From contig OZ059899.1 of NCBI GenBank assembly GCA_964057225.1, forward strand, positions 16,182,001 to 16,246,000: a stretch of DNA of 64,000 bases, in the 5' to 3' direction. The stretch is from Auanema rhodensis. Its lineage: Eukaryota > Animalia > Nematoda. A program made the translations under genes and the position numbers. Positions 39,479 to 53,400 of this stretch are shown here, piece by piece (position 1 is the first letter of the stretch; each line of letters starts with the position of its first letter). Under the pieces are notes generated by a model. The model had not been told where the DNA came from, made no database searches, and worked only from the letters and a program-made list of their open reading frames with translations.

Positions 39479-41846
39479 GGGGGGTAGAAATTAAACTGAA
39501 TATCTATTCAATACTTTGTTTTTCGAAAGCAAATGAGATCACAACGATTTTAAAAGGATAGTCGACCGTTGAGATGATTCGAAAATAGGAAAAGGTATTT
39601 CAAATTGAGAGAGAGAGAGAGAAAGAGAAAAGGGCAATGAAGGTTTTTCTACGAGAGTTAGAAAACAGAATGAAAAAAAGGAAAATGAAGAGTTAAGACT
39701 GAGAGTACACGATTTCAGAAAAAACAATTGTTCTATCAGGATAGCAGGAATAGGACAACAAGAGGAAACAGAAACAAGAGGAAAAACATGATGCTATTCA
39801 AGCTGAAACAGATATATGATGATGAAACTGATTCGGAAGAACATGTAGACTTTGAGAGATAAACAGGAAAATTGAAAAAATGAACATGACAGAAGTGAAT
39901 AGTAAGTTATGGAATTGAGCTGGAGAAGTAGCATTAAAGAATGAAAGAGGAGGGGGGACCGAGATGAAGAATGATGAATATTCCCTATTACCTTCACACT
40001 AACACTTCTTCTATTCGAAATCTTTTAGAAAATGGTTTATTGTTATTGCTTTCTTCAAAAAAACAAATTCAAAGAAACATGGTAAGAAAGGAATGGAGAG
40101 GTAGAAGAGGTGAGAAGAAAGTAAGCGATTAGGCATCAGTGTTTAGCCACGAAAATTGTTGAAATAATCGTTATGGTTGTACGAAGGAAGCAAAAAGGAA
40201 GTTGCAAGCGAAATTTGGAGGGAAAACGAGAAAAACGTGAAAAATGCTGCAAAGATAAAGTGCGGGAAATGTTAGCTGCATTTCTAGCTTCTCAAAATGC
40301 AGAAAGCAGAATAAACGACTGTGACGAAGAAGTGTCGTGGATTATGATTCTAGAAATTGTTACCGAAATATATGCGGAGAATCAGATGATGAAGCTGAAG
40401 GAAGAAAAAGGAGACGAAGAAAAGGAGAAGAAGGAAGAAGAAGAAGAACATGATGAGGAATCTAAGAAAAGAATCTAATAGGAAGAAGATAGTAAGAAGG
40501 AGATGTATAAAATGAATCAAATTTTTGTGGATAATCAAATAGCTTCTTCATCTAATGACATTTATACTCAGTTTTTTTATTTTTAGTCGCATTTCATAAG
40601 AAATAGAAAAGAAAAAAGGAAAACTTTTCAATGATAAAAGAAAAGAATTTTTCATTTAGAGCTTCTTCTTCTTCCTTCTATTTTTGATTTCAAATTCTAC
40701 ATCATCATCTAACATCAACATCAACATCATTGTGTTGTCGTTGTCGACGTTACCGTCATCTTCAGATGCAGAATTAGAAATTATATCCTTCAGAGGTTGA
40801 ACAATTCATTTCTCAGAAAGGTTTTCAAAGATAAGACAAGATCTAAATTGGTTCAGGTCATGTATGTATTATATTTCCAAAAAGAAAGATTTGTAGATGA
40901 GAAGGAGGACGAGGAAGAGGGGGGGGGGGAGACTAAAAAAGGAAAATTTCAATTCCTTTTTCATGGAATAAAGACAAAATAAATGTTTTTTGTCTTAAAT
41001 TAAATGAAAATTTGTATGAAATATACCAATAATATTTAGCTTATTTTCTATTCATTCATTACAAACTTATAGTACAAACTAAAATGAAATAAAAGAAAAT
41101 ATGAGAAAAGGAGAGAAAAGAGAAAAAGAGGTACAGACAGAGAAAGATACATGTAGTTATAGAAAGAGAGAGAGAGAGAGAGAGAGAGAATGTGTTGAAA
41201 ATATTCAAATTTCTAGAAGAAAAACAATTAAAATAAACATTTCCCATGTATCATCTAGCTCATATCGAAATTCCGAAAAATATAAATGAACAACAGCTTG
41301 AACTCACAAAGGATTTCCTAAGCTACATGTGATATTGTCAAATTTCAATTTATTATGAGTAGGTCACAAATACCTGAAAAAGGCGTCAGAAGCTTGTGAT
41401 ATATGATTTCAGTTCTAGAGCAAAAAATAGTTTGACACCTATTACCATCAATGGCTTTGTTACTACGAATATGCAAAGCTTTAGGAATTCAAATATTCAT
41501 ATATCTATGTATATCAGGTTCTTAGAAGATATTTGGGTAGAACCAAATCAAAATAATGACTAAGACCAGTAATGAACGTTCAATGAGATGAAAGAGCATG
41601 CTTCATCATAGTCGATGACAGCTATATAATCGAAGAACGGAAAGACGAGGTAAAATAATACCCCAATTGTTGTTCAAATTTCAAATTTCGGGGAATAAAT
41701 AGTCGTTCGAATGGAAGTTCCTTCCACATTCTCTCTCACTCTTTCTCTCTTTCTCTCTCACTCTCTCGTACTCCTCTTTCAAATATGGAACGATCTTCCT
41801 TCTCTAGCTTTTTAATCATGCTTGATAACTTATAATTGATTCTCAC

Positions 41847-41849
<3 letters not shown>

Positions 41850-41904
<55 letters not shown>
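41850..41904. repeat. (CT)n microsatellite
   Basis: About 27 perfect CT units. Confidence 0.9.
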
Positions 41905-41907
<3 letters not shown>

Positions 41908-43114
41908 GCGATGAAATGTTCTGTGAGAAAGAAATGAAACTTTTCATCAGTAAGCCAAAGACTAAATTAGAGAAGTATGAACCCATTGATCACAAAAAGA
42001 TATCAAAGAATTGAACATAATACTTCATATAGCCAGTTATGTTAACTATGTGTAGCAAAATAAGAAAACTTAATCTGTTTATATAACTGAATATACATTG
42101 TATATGAGTATATTCCATATATATCTCTCATGATCTAGTTTTTTTTCTTTCATCATGCCATTATCTCTCAGGAATATCATAGCAACTGACTGAACAGTGT
42201 TTCACTTTTTTTGGTAAAGAGCCAAATATAAGAATGAGTGTTAAAGTTGGAAATTTAAAGTTTCTATATACGAATGATAAAGAGAGAGAAAGACGATATG
42301 AGAATCAGGATGATTTCCATTTGATGGTAAATTAAGAGAGAATAAGAGGTTTTAATTAAAAAATAATTATTATATAAGAGAAAGTTGGAACAATGAGAAG
42401 AGAATGTCACATATGTAAGCGTATAATGAGATCAAAAAAGATTGTAAACGGCGAGATAAGGAGAGTTTATAAGGAAAACAAAGAGTAGAGAGAAAGAGGG
42501 AGAAAGTGAGAGAGAGAGAAGGGGGGGGGGGGCTAAATGGGAAATCAATCTTTGCATTATTGCGGAATAATGCTGGAAAGACAGGGAGAATTTAGAGTGG
42601 GAGAGGTAGGAAGGACAGCTTAATCTGCTTTCTGATTAATAAAGTGAGAGGCTCGTATAATAGACAAATCATTTTAAGAAATAATAGACCATATATGTAG
42701 AAGGAGAGAGAGAGAGAGAAAGAGAGAGAGAGAAAAAGGTAGAGGAAATTGGAGGATGAGGGAACAGGGAGAAAATGTTATTATTAGAATGTGCAGAAAG
42801 ATGAAAAGCAGCCTAATGTGTTAGATGAGATCAAAGCTTAGATTAAAGAGATAAACCGAAAATAGAAGATTGAAGATGATGAACGAAGAAAAGAAAACGA
42901 TTTATATAGATAACCCAATAGATTATATTATATAGCTAAGAATAAAAGAGAGTAATGTTGAAGATGTTTATGGGTGTGGCAACTGATATGATTTCGCAAC
43001 AGAAAATCAAAACTATGGCAGAAGATTTGACATGGATATGAAAAATGAGAAGAAATAGTTAAAGCAAGTCAGAACAACAAACAGAAAATTCGAGAGAAAA
43101 AGAGATAAAAAAAG

Positions 43115-43164
<50 letters not shown>

Positions 43165-44406
43165 GAAAGAGAGAGGAGGAGTGAGACAGAGCATCAAGAA
43201 GAAGAAGAAGAAGCAGTAGATATTTCGATTGTTTTCTTCTTTTGATAATATACATTCCTTGAGACTATACAGTTTCAAAATATAAACAGCCAATTGGTAT
43301 CAAGTTAGAAAACTTGAAGATACAAGGTTAAGACAATCGAGAATTATTATAAGAGAGAAAAGGCCAAAATGATATTCATAAAGATGTGAGAAACAATGGG
43401 CACAATAAAGCTACTGCTTGAATTAAAGCATTTTTAGAACTAGAGAAGCGAAGCTTAGACTCAGCAGTGAGCCTATTGGAGATGAATAACGAAAAAAGAC
43501 ACAGAGAGAGAGAGAGAGAAAGAGACGACCCTGAAACTACTAATTATGCGATCGAAAAGAGCCCAGAATGCTTTGAGAATAGAACCGTTTTCATCGTTTA
43601 TTCGAATTGTTAATTGGTCAAAAATTGGATATCAGTCTTGGTGAATGAAACTGGATGTGGACATGGATGGCCATGTATGTGTTAGAAGAGTGGAGAGAGA
43701 GAGATAGAGAGAAATTGAGAGAGAGAGAACAAGGAAGAGCTTGGCAGTGTATATGTATGTGTATGTGTGTATGTGCAAATCGATGTCAAAAAGCATCATC
43801 AAATTTTTAGACGAAAAACTACAAATTTGGACATTTTGTTTTTTTTTGAAGCGTTGAAATTGAAAAAAATAAAGTTTAATAGGGAAGATTGGAAACTTGA
43901 TAAAACAACAATGAAGGTGCATAACTGGAAGAATGAAAAGAAAGCAGTTGAGGAAAAGAGGGAGAGAAAGAGAGAGAGAGAGGTGGTAGAGGAGAATAGA
44001 GATGAAAGGAAAATGAGAATAGAGTTGGGAAGAAGCAGAAGTTTATTAAAATGAAGTGAATTAAGCTGAGAATCGAATACTATTATATAATAAATATTTT
44101 ATAATTAGAGTAAGCATTTAATATCTATATATCTCTATATATAATATAGTATATATTGCAAAACAAAATGAATAAAACAGACAACAAGATAAGAAAGAAT
44201 ACCATGGAGACCGAAAAAAAAACATATTTTCGAGAAGAAAAATTCAAGCCACAAACTTGAGAGAATTAACAAAAAAGAAAGTGAACGAGAGAGGATGAGC
44301 GAGAAGACAACACCAAGCTTGAAACAGAGCTGAACTACGTCAGTCTTCTTCGATTTCAAGCAAAGCTAAAAAAATAATTGTAAACGTATGTATGCATGGA
44401 AGTGAC

Positions 44407-44455
<49 letters not shown>

Positions 44456-44906
44456 ATAAAAAAAAGTTGTTAAGTTTAGTTGTCGTGAGAAAACTGATGG
44501 GTAAGAAGTTGTAGCAACGATATTACTTATGAATCAGAAATTGGCCATTCTAAATACTAAGAAAGCGAAATAACCATCTAGGAAGTAAGATGCGCTCGTT
44601 GTTTCAGACGAAGAAATAATGTTTTTTCGATAAATTATTCTGGGAGGAAAAGTTTGACAATAGGTTGGAAGCACATAAGACGTAATTTTCTTTCAAAGTT
44701 CTTAAAAGGGGAAGTTCATCAGAAGATTTTAATAGCAATGAAGTATTGGGGGGAGAGGAGATGTTGAAGTAGAAGAAAAACGAAATTGAGAGAATTGACG
44801 CTGTGGGCTGGAAACAGAAAACACAACCGCTTTGAGCTGCTACTAAATTGAAATGAAAATAGCCTCACGTATACATATGTCTATCGAGAAGGTTTACATG
44901 TATGAA

Positions 44907-44910
<4 letters not shown>

Positions 44911-44958
<48 letters not shown>

Positions 44959-44963
44959 TGTGT

Positions 44964-45002
<39 letters not shown>

Positions 45003-45007
45003 TGTGT

Positions 45008-45054
<47 letters not shown>
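44911..45054. repeat. Compound (GA)n array with a duplicated GCGAGTGTGTGAGAA interruption
   Basis: (AG)n-cgagtgtgtgagaa-(AG)n-cgagtgtgtgagaa-(AG)n. Confidence 0.9.
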
Positions 45055-45060
<6 letters not shown>

Positions 45061-46170
45061 ATAGGTAAGAAAAGTTAAACTGCGAACTAAATGTCTGAAA
45101 GAAGAAACGAAAAAGGAAAAGACAAAAACAACTTTTAGAATAAAAGAGAAAATGTCTTCGATATATTGAAACTAAATATAGAATATAGATAAGGAAATTC
45201 ATATATTTAGGCTATACATGTATGGCACATAGGAGACAATTAAACGGAGCATTGAGCAACACCCAGCGAGAGAGAGAGAGTGGCGATGGAAGATGGAGAG
45301 GAGGCTGTCAGTCACGAGAGCCATTGTGATCTGGTTGAAAAGCTGTGAAAGCGTTTTTGAGTTAACTCAATCAGTCGCCTAATTATTCTATATTTGGCAA
45401 AAAAAATTCAAAAGAAGATAAGATGAGCTGAAAAACCTATGAAAACATAAGATATCAAAACATGAGATATGAAGAACAGAATACTATTGTTATATCAGCT
45501 TTGTATGAGAATTTCAAGTTCGACAATTGAATCAAAGCAACTAAGGGAAATATGCTTAAAATTAAAAATGAAGTTTTAGGATTATAGAACTTAGGGAGGT
45601 TGAGAGAGGTTGCGAGAGGACCAGAGAAAGAAAGGGATATGAAGAATTAGCTAGGAATGAGAGGAGCATGAAAGCGAAAAAGGTAAAAACTACGAGGTGG
45701 AGTTAGAACAATAGATTGCTTTGGAAGCATAACTTTAGGAAAAACTCATAAACATCTAAATGATCTAATTGCCCAAATTAGAAAACTAGCGAGGAAGGTG
45801 AAGGAATTTTTGGAGAAGAGATGGTTGGGAGGAAACAGGCATGTTGTTTGCAGAAAAGCTCAGGCGCCAAAGTAACTCAAGCTTGTACATGAAAATCACT
45901 TGTCTCATTTGCCTCAATCGTTGTATTTCTCGATGAACCAAGCATCCAACATATAACTTCAGATATGTAGACAACAAGGTTCAGTGAGAATTTTCCAATT
46001 AAATAAGGATGAAATTTCTGAAGACTAAACATCATCTCTTAACAGAAGTCAAAAAGAAAAGAAGAACAATTTCACTTTTAGTACCAAATAATAGACAAAA
46101 ATAGAAGGAAAAAACCCATTCATAGACTTCAAGAAAAGAAAAATGGGAATAGCAAAAGAATGAAAAAGAA

Positions 46171-46433
46171 ATGTCAGAAACTAGCCGATGCCAACTAGCA
46201 CGTAAGAGAGAAATTTCGTTTTTTTTTCATTCTTTCATCTAGTTACTTACTCTTCCTCCCATTCGCTCTCATATTTTCTCCGTTTTCTAGGTTTGCCAAC
46301 TAGATGTCTCAACCAAAATCAATATGAATACCGCTGCTTCTTCCGAACTGACTTTATGTATGTGTGTTGCAAAAGCGACGATGGACCGCAATGCTTAAGA
46401 TGGGCAAGACATGGGAATATCCGCCGAGTATGA
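46171..46433 (+). CDS. Candidate spliced small ORF: 57-aa six-cysteine peptide
   Basis: Exon 46171-46201, intron gtaaga...ttttctag at 46202-46290, exon 46291-46433, giving MSETSRCQLARLPTRCLNQNQYEYRCFFRTDFMYVCCKSDDGPQCLRWARHGNIRRV*. Confidence 0.5.
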
Positions 46434-49400
46434 TCGGGAACAGGGGAACTGAGAAAGAGAGAGAGAGAAGAAAAGAACAAGTAGGATTAGAGGAGTATGT
46501 CCACTAAGTGATTGCAAGGCCACCACACTAAATCTAGATTTCAAAAGCTGAAGCATGTGATGTTCTGAGACCAATTTAGACAAGAGAAACTCGCATTTCA
46601 ATGCCATTATTTAGCATATTCTTGAGATTTTCTCTTCGCATAATTTAAATAAATCAGGAAATATATACAATTTATATTGTAAAGATGAGTAAGAAACACA
46701 TATGGATATCTCAATGGCTATAGAGTATATAGTCGGAAATAATATGAAGTTGAATAAATAGAAAAACCCAAAATTAATTGGCTAAAAATCATGAATAATG
46801 CAGAAGAACATATGAATTCTAAAAATATCATTCGTCTCCAGGCAATCTCAGCAAGTTGTGTATGTCGATGAAAGCTGAGTACAAACGCTATGATCTGAAT
46901 GGTTGTAGCTAAGGGACAATCTGACCGAATCTGACCGAATCTAACACCTGAGCCTTACGAGATATGAGAGTGGGAGAAGAGAATGATGTGAAAGAGCCTA
47001 GGTAATGGAGATAGACCACGGATCAAAAGATTATGAAATAATAGAACAATCATAAATTTCCTAGCTCAATCCTGTTAATAAGGAACATTTACACATATAA
47101 TTATATAAAAATTATATAAATAATCAATAAAGTGAGCTAATTATATGAATTAAAGAATAAAATGTGTATTTTTTATAAAAATATTAATTGAAATATGAAT
47201 AAATGATTGTAGAAAAACTATAACGAAATATTAATTATTAAAAACTACAAAAGAGAAAAAAAAAGATTAAAATGGAAAAAAGAAATGAGCACACCAGTGT
47301 TGGACGCATTGAGCAATTTCAAATTACATTAGATATTTGTCTATAATTTTGTATATAACAAGATATGTATTTACGTAATACGTATTACATGTGCAGATAA
47401 AAATATATTTTTTTAAATTTTCGTTTTTATTTTTCTTTTGTTACTAAATGATTATAAGAAACTCATATGCTTCAATTATAAGTTGTAAAGAAGATATTTA
47501 TAATTAATTAAAATAAAAATAATAATTATTATTATTCAAAAATAATGTTTAATAACATTATCATTATTATTTTATTTTTTGTAGTTCGTTAATGTAAACA
47601 ACATGTATATTTATTATTATTATTAATATTTATATTTATATTCTAATTAATTGCTATCATGTTTATAAAATAATAATATTGAAGAGTTGGTTTAAATTTA
47701 AATTCAAACGAGAACGACGTGTGTTTCAAATTTCCCTGATTTTATACTAGGGTTTTGTATATTTTACTCATGCAAATCATAGAGAGAGAGAGAGAGAGAG
47801 AAAGAGAATTGCAGAAATATTATATTTTGCATTTTTCATGTGGTATATCTTCATTTGTGACGTATACTGATGTAGTTTTGTCTCTGCGACCGTAGCAATT
47901 TCCCGAGAGGCTCAATTAAACCTGAGCGCATATCACGAACTTTTTCAAATTATATGATACACAACTGATTGTTCAAAACTGTTTTTAACATTTTGTTTAC
48001 ACTTAAACAACATGCGGAGTAAATTGAAAGATATGAAATAATACCCTATGCTAGTACTTGCTTGATGATTGGCAAATAAATGAAAATGAATTTAATGGGT
48101 GTGGTAAAGCTTCTAGTTTACATTCAAAAATCGGAGTTTAAATATTTTTGCTGAAACTATTTTCGAAGTAGCAAGCTTCATCTGATTTTACTTGATAGAT
48201 GAAGGTAATCGTCATGATTTAGTTAACATCGTTAAAATAATTATGTGCAGATACCTGGATACGATCAAGGACAGCCTTGTACTTATTCTGGCAACTAATA
48301 ATGAATACTGTGGTCGAACCATTTTTTTATAACAGCTAAACTGGCTTCCAAACTCATCAATAACTATAATAATAGCAAATAAAAGTTTTTTTCTTATTTT
48401 CACGACATCGATGAACGAACTTCCGAATGGAAACACAGTTTTTTAGTAATCAGTGACTAAAGAACTTCGACTTGAACTCATATACGAACTTGATCTCTCT
48501 TCAGTGTTTCGTATTAAAAGATTTTTATGCTGAGGGAAATATGATATAGAACTTATTCTTGAACTCAAAATTTTAAATAAACATATGTATATGGAAAAGT
48601 GTACCGGTAACATCAACAATACTATTTGTAGTCGACCTCTAGCTTCATGTAATTAGCATCAAACTTCTGAATACGAGGAATCTAAAGCTAATTGGTGAAC
48701 ATGAAACATATATTTGTATTTTTCGGACTATTTAGATCAAATCAAATCGAATGTTACATAAGATATAAGAAAAAGAAAATCTACTCTCCTCTAATCTGTA
48801 TTCTTTATTCATTCACGTGCAACCGCTCATCAATGATCTCATCTTCGAAATGAAATTTCAATTTTTATACGATTTTATTAATTAAAGTCAAAGGTTTCTT
48901 TGTCTAAATCTAAAATTTTTAAATTTATTTCATTTTTTTTTTCATTTAAACTATAATTTTTCGAAATGATCAAGATACTACTACAACGATAACTTAATAA
49001 TTATCATTAAGCTATTTTAAACAAATAGATAATTGTCATTACCGAAATATCTATTTGAAATCTTACCATGTGAGTGCAACTCTTATTAATAATTTAAAAA
49101 AAAAAGAAAACTAATATGTTATAAATACTTATTAATATTGAAAAGAACAGGTAAATCTTGTTACTTTCCTATTTATTAGTTATTTTCTAAGATAGATAGT
49201 TTATTTCATGATGTTCCTCAAAAAATATTATTCTTTTTAAGATGTTCTGATCGGAGATGGTGGAGGAATGACCTATATGATCCTTTTTTCCAAGTTTTAA
49301 CATGATGAACTTTGAACTTCATATAGTTCATTCACGTTTTTTGAGAAATGCTTATTAGTGACATAAAACCAACGTCTCGTTACTTTCCTAGTTCTCAAAG

Positions 49401-49512
49401 ATTTTAACCACAAACGTTAGACACAAAATAAGTTATTCACATTTTCAAAAATTAAAGTTACATAACAATAATTTTTAAATTAAATTCACCAACATATTTA
49501 GCAAAAAACGAA

Positions 49513-49584
49513 TGCCTCATGCTGGAATCGAACCAGCGACCTTCTGTTTACTAGACAGACGCTCTGCCCCTGAGCCAATGAGGC
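49513..49584 (-). tRNA. tRNA-Thr (anticodon AGT)
   Basis: GCCTCATTGGCTCAGGGGCAGAGCGTCTGTCT-AGT-AAACAGAAGGTCGCTGGTTCGATTCCAGCATGAGGCA: full cloverleaf with a TTCGA T-loop, and a T6 Pol III terminator at 49503-49508. Confidence 0.97.
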
Positions 49585-50401
49585 GAACGAGGGGTCCAAA
49601 TTAGTATGAATAGTTAAGAATAATTTATAGTAATTAAAAATCAAAATATTAATATAGTAAATTTGTAGGTATTCAATTACTGAAATAAAATCATAGAAAA
49701 TTTAGCCTGAAAAATGAAATTTCAATAAATTTCTACTGGATACAGAAACGTTCACTTCGAATCTATTAATGCAAATCTACAGATTAGTGTACAAAAAAAT
49801 TGAATGAAATTAACAGTAACTTTCTCCTTTATTTCGTAGAAGCTTTCAAAGTTCTCAAATATCATTTGATGAATATGCCCATAAAGATCAGAGCCGTACG
49901 TGGCAAAGTAAGCTACATTCGCAAATAAAGACTCCGACAAGTATCATTTTATGAGCATCATTCTTATATAAAGAAAGTCGTATCGATCAATATTCTATTT
50001 GTTTTTCTGTTCATCTTTTAATGATGGAAATGAATAAAATAGTTTGATATAATTTAATTATATAAAACTACGGTTATCCTATCCGGGTTAGCCTCCTCGT
50101 CACATCATTTTCGGGTTCACGTCGATTTCGGTTGACACTTGCCTTTTTTCTCGAACGGCTTTTATATGCGTTTCTTTGTTTTTCTTGAAAGGAAAAAGCT
50201 GATAAAGTTTACTCATAATTCAATATGTTACTCATTGTTGCCCTCTTATTGATTGCTTGATATGGTCTACTTGTTGAATATTGATTTTTCTTGTTTTCTC
50301 TAATAGCATCCTTTGGGTTATAATATTCTATGTTTCAGTTATTATAGTAGATAATGCTGATGATAATTTAATGTAAATTAATATATTTAATCTGCGAGAA
50401 A

Positions 50402-53400
50402 ATGCTTCTTCAAACTGCTATAGAAAAAATTCTCGCGGATCGCGATATTAAGAAAAAAGAAAATTTGCAACTTAAAAAAGCTTGTGAAAATGCTTTAGGT
50501 TTGTCTTATCTGATAAGAAACTTGTGTTTTTATATTATTGTTTGAAGAAGAGTTAAAAGCTGACCAAGAGAAAAATGGAAAAAATTTGGGTATGATGGAA
50601 GCTGATAGGTACTTTTTACCTTTTGAGTTAGCATGCAAGTCCAAAAGCCCAAAAATAGTTATGGCAAGTCTCGACTGTCTTCAAGTAAGCGTTTTTTGAT
50701 TCATGTTTTTGTTATTTGTACTCTATGTAGAAGCTTATTGCTCATGGACAACTAACGGGTAAAGGTGCAGATACGTCCAATCCTGAGCGCAAGCAAATTG
50801 ATCGCATAGTTGAATCGATTTGTTCAGCATTTGCAGGACAAGGGACTGATGAAGGAGTTATTCTACAAATTATCAAAGTAAGAATTAACTTTATGACATA
50901 TTTAAACTTTTTTTTAAGGCCATTTTAGCTGTTGTGCTCAGCCTAACATGTGCTGTTCATGAAGGCTCTCTTCTTCTAGCTGTGCGAACATGTTTTACTA
51001 TTTTCTTAGCATCAAAAGATCCTGTTAATCAAGCTACTTCTAAAGCTTCTTTAACTCAGGTATCACTTTTCCTTTCAATTCTTTCTCATTGTTTGCGTAA
51101 TCCAGATTATTAATACCGTTTTTGATAACATGGAGAAGTATGGAGACGAGAAAGATGATTCGACTGTTGTAAGAGAGGTTGTTGATCATCTTGTTATTTC
51201 AACTGTTGCTTCTTCGTTGGATCCAGTAAGACTTTTGTTTTCATATTCTCTTAATTTTTTTATATTTAGCCTTCTGATGACTCTGAAAAACGCTCCCGAG
51301 GAGCTATGTCAACTGTAACAGAAAGCGAATCTCCTGATGATCAATTATCGTTTCCTAATGTTTATCAGAAAGATGCTTTCTTAGTTTTCCGAGCTCTATG
51401 TGTTTTGGCACAGAAAGATGAAGGAGATATCGCTGATCCCAGGTATCATTTTCTAATTATTCTATATATTGCTTTAGTTCCAGAAATACTCATCTTCGAT
51501 CCAAAATTCTAGCATTGGAAATGCTTTTATTAGTTCTTCAAAATTCTTCCGCAGTTTTACAAAATGCCCACCCATTCCTTGTATTAATTAAAAAGTCTTT
51601 ATGTGTAGCTCTATCAAGAAATGCTGTATCTCCAATCGTACAGGTAATTTTGATTCAGTTTATATATTTTTTTCATTTATTATAATCAGGTTTTTGAAAA
51701 ATCGCTAGCAATATTTGTCCAATTGTTAGATAAGTTCAAAATTCATCTAAAACCACAAATTGAGGTGATATTCTGTCATTGTTTCTTTGTTTATCTATCT
51801 TTCTTAGGTATTTTTCAAAGAAATAATTATTTCTATGTTAGAATCAACGTCTTGTTCATTTGAACATAAATGGATTGTCTTAAACACTATAGGTTAGCTT
51901 TGTTTTTGAAATATTTGGCTTCATGTTTATACGATCTTAGGAAAAATTTTGGCTAATCCTCAATCTGTTGTTGATATATACGTTAACTATGATTGTGATC
52001 TAACATCACATAATGTATATGCTTCTCTTGTTGATGTTGTTTCTAAGACTAGTCAAATTTCTGTTAATGATACTGCTCCGATTCCCCAGAAGGACAGGTA
52101 GTATTCCTATTTTTGTTTATTTAATTTTGAGCTTTTTATAGAGAAAGAGCCATGAGATTATTAGGATTAAGTTGTTTAACTGATTTGTTGCAATGTCTTG
52201 TTGATTGGTATGATGTATGTGAACTTGCTAAAGATTCAACCAAGACGGGTGATGACGTCAACGATGAAAACAAGTCGCCAACCGTTGATAAATTTGAAAA
52301 TCTAAAACAGAAAAAAGATCTCATGGAGCAGGGCATATACATGTAAAGTTTTTTTTGCTAATCTTTTTTCTCATACACAAGTTGAAGGTTTGGCAAAAAG
52401 CCTAAGCAGGGCTTATCTTTTCTACAACAACATGGCTTTGTTGGGAATGAGCCAGTTGAAATCGCTGAGTTCTTAACAAGAGAAGATAGATTAGACAAGA
52501 CAGTTGTTGGCGATTTCCTCAGTGATCCAGATGAGTATGTATCTGATTCATAACTTCAGTTATCTTACTTACTTCAGGTTCCATAAGCAAATTATGTATG
52601 CTTATGTGGATGACATGGATTTTTCATCCAAAGATATTGTTACGGCTCTTAGATTATTCTTAGAACGGTTCCGTTTGCCGGGAGAAGCTCAAAAAATTGA
52701 TCGTTTGATGGAAAAATTTGCTTCCCGGTATTGTGAATGCAATCCAAGTCTTGGAATCTTTGCCTCAGCTGACACTGCTTATGTTCTTGCTTATTCAGTA
52801 ATTATGCTTACAACAGACTTACATAGTCCACAGGTTAAATTGATTATTGGGTGCAAATTTCTTATTGTTTTGAATATTTTAAGGTCAAAAGTAAGATGAC
52901 TCTTGAACAATATATATGTATGAACCGTGGAATCAATAATGGAAGCGATATTCCTCGAGAAGTATTATCAGCTATTTATGATGATATTTCTCGTAATGAA
53001 ATTAAAATGAAAGCAGGTGCTACTAAACTTCTGAAATGTAAGCTACAACTGTACAGAAGCTTCTTATTTTCTTTTTTTAGCAACTAATGCGCAGCATAAT
53101 AATTCTGATAAACAACGTAAAGCTTTAGCCACATTAGAGTTAGAAGCTATGTCAGAAACAGCTAGATCTCTCATGGAAATGGTTTCGGCATCTGATTCCA
53201 ATTTCACTTCAGCTCAGCACCAACACCATGTGAAACCCATGTTTAAGGTACTCCCTCGTAAGTATTTCATTTCTTATATCACAATCTTTAGATTTGCTGG
53301 ACTCCATGTCTTGCTGCGTTCAGTGTTGGGCTGCAAACTTCGGATGACCCTGAAGAGTGGGCTTTGTGCATTCGCGGATTCCGACTTGGTGTCCGCGCCG

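Noticed and set aside
40173-40478. 101-aa E/K-rich + strand ORF
   Set aside because: The composition is explained by the regional purine skew; no recognisable motifs.
12704-45202. Numerous ORFs containing LSLSLS or RERERE
   Set aside because: These are translations of (CT)n/(GA)n microsatellites.
46918-46942. AATCTGACCG tandem duplication (similar: CCGCATAGTTA x2 at ~23219)
   Set aside because: Two-copy micro-duplications without spacers or further copies; not an array.
11600-49500. Conserved miRNA genes in the desert
   Set aside because: By eye I found no match to recalled conserved nematode mature miRNAs and no long clean hairpin; a covariance-model or small-RNA search is still needed.
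11600-49500. NBRE (AAAGGTCA) autoregulatory sites for NHR-6
   Set aside because: Only isolated AGGTCA/GGGTCA half-sites were seen, no exact NBRE noticed.
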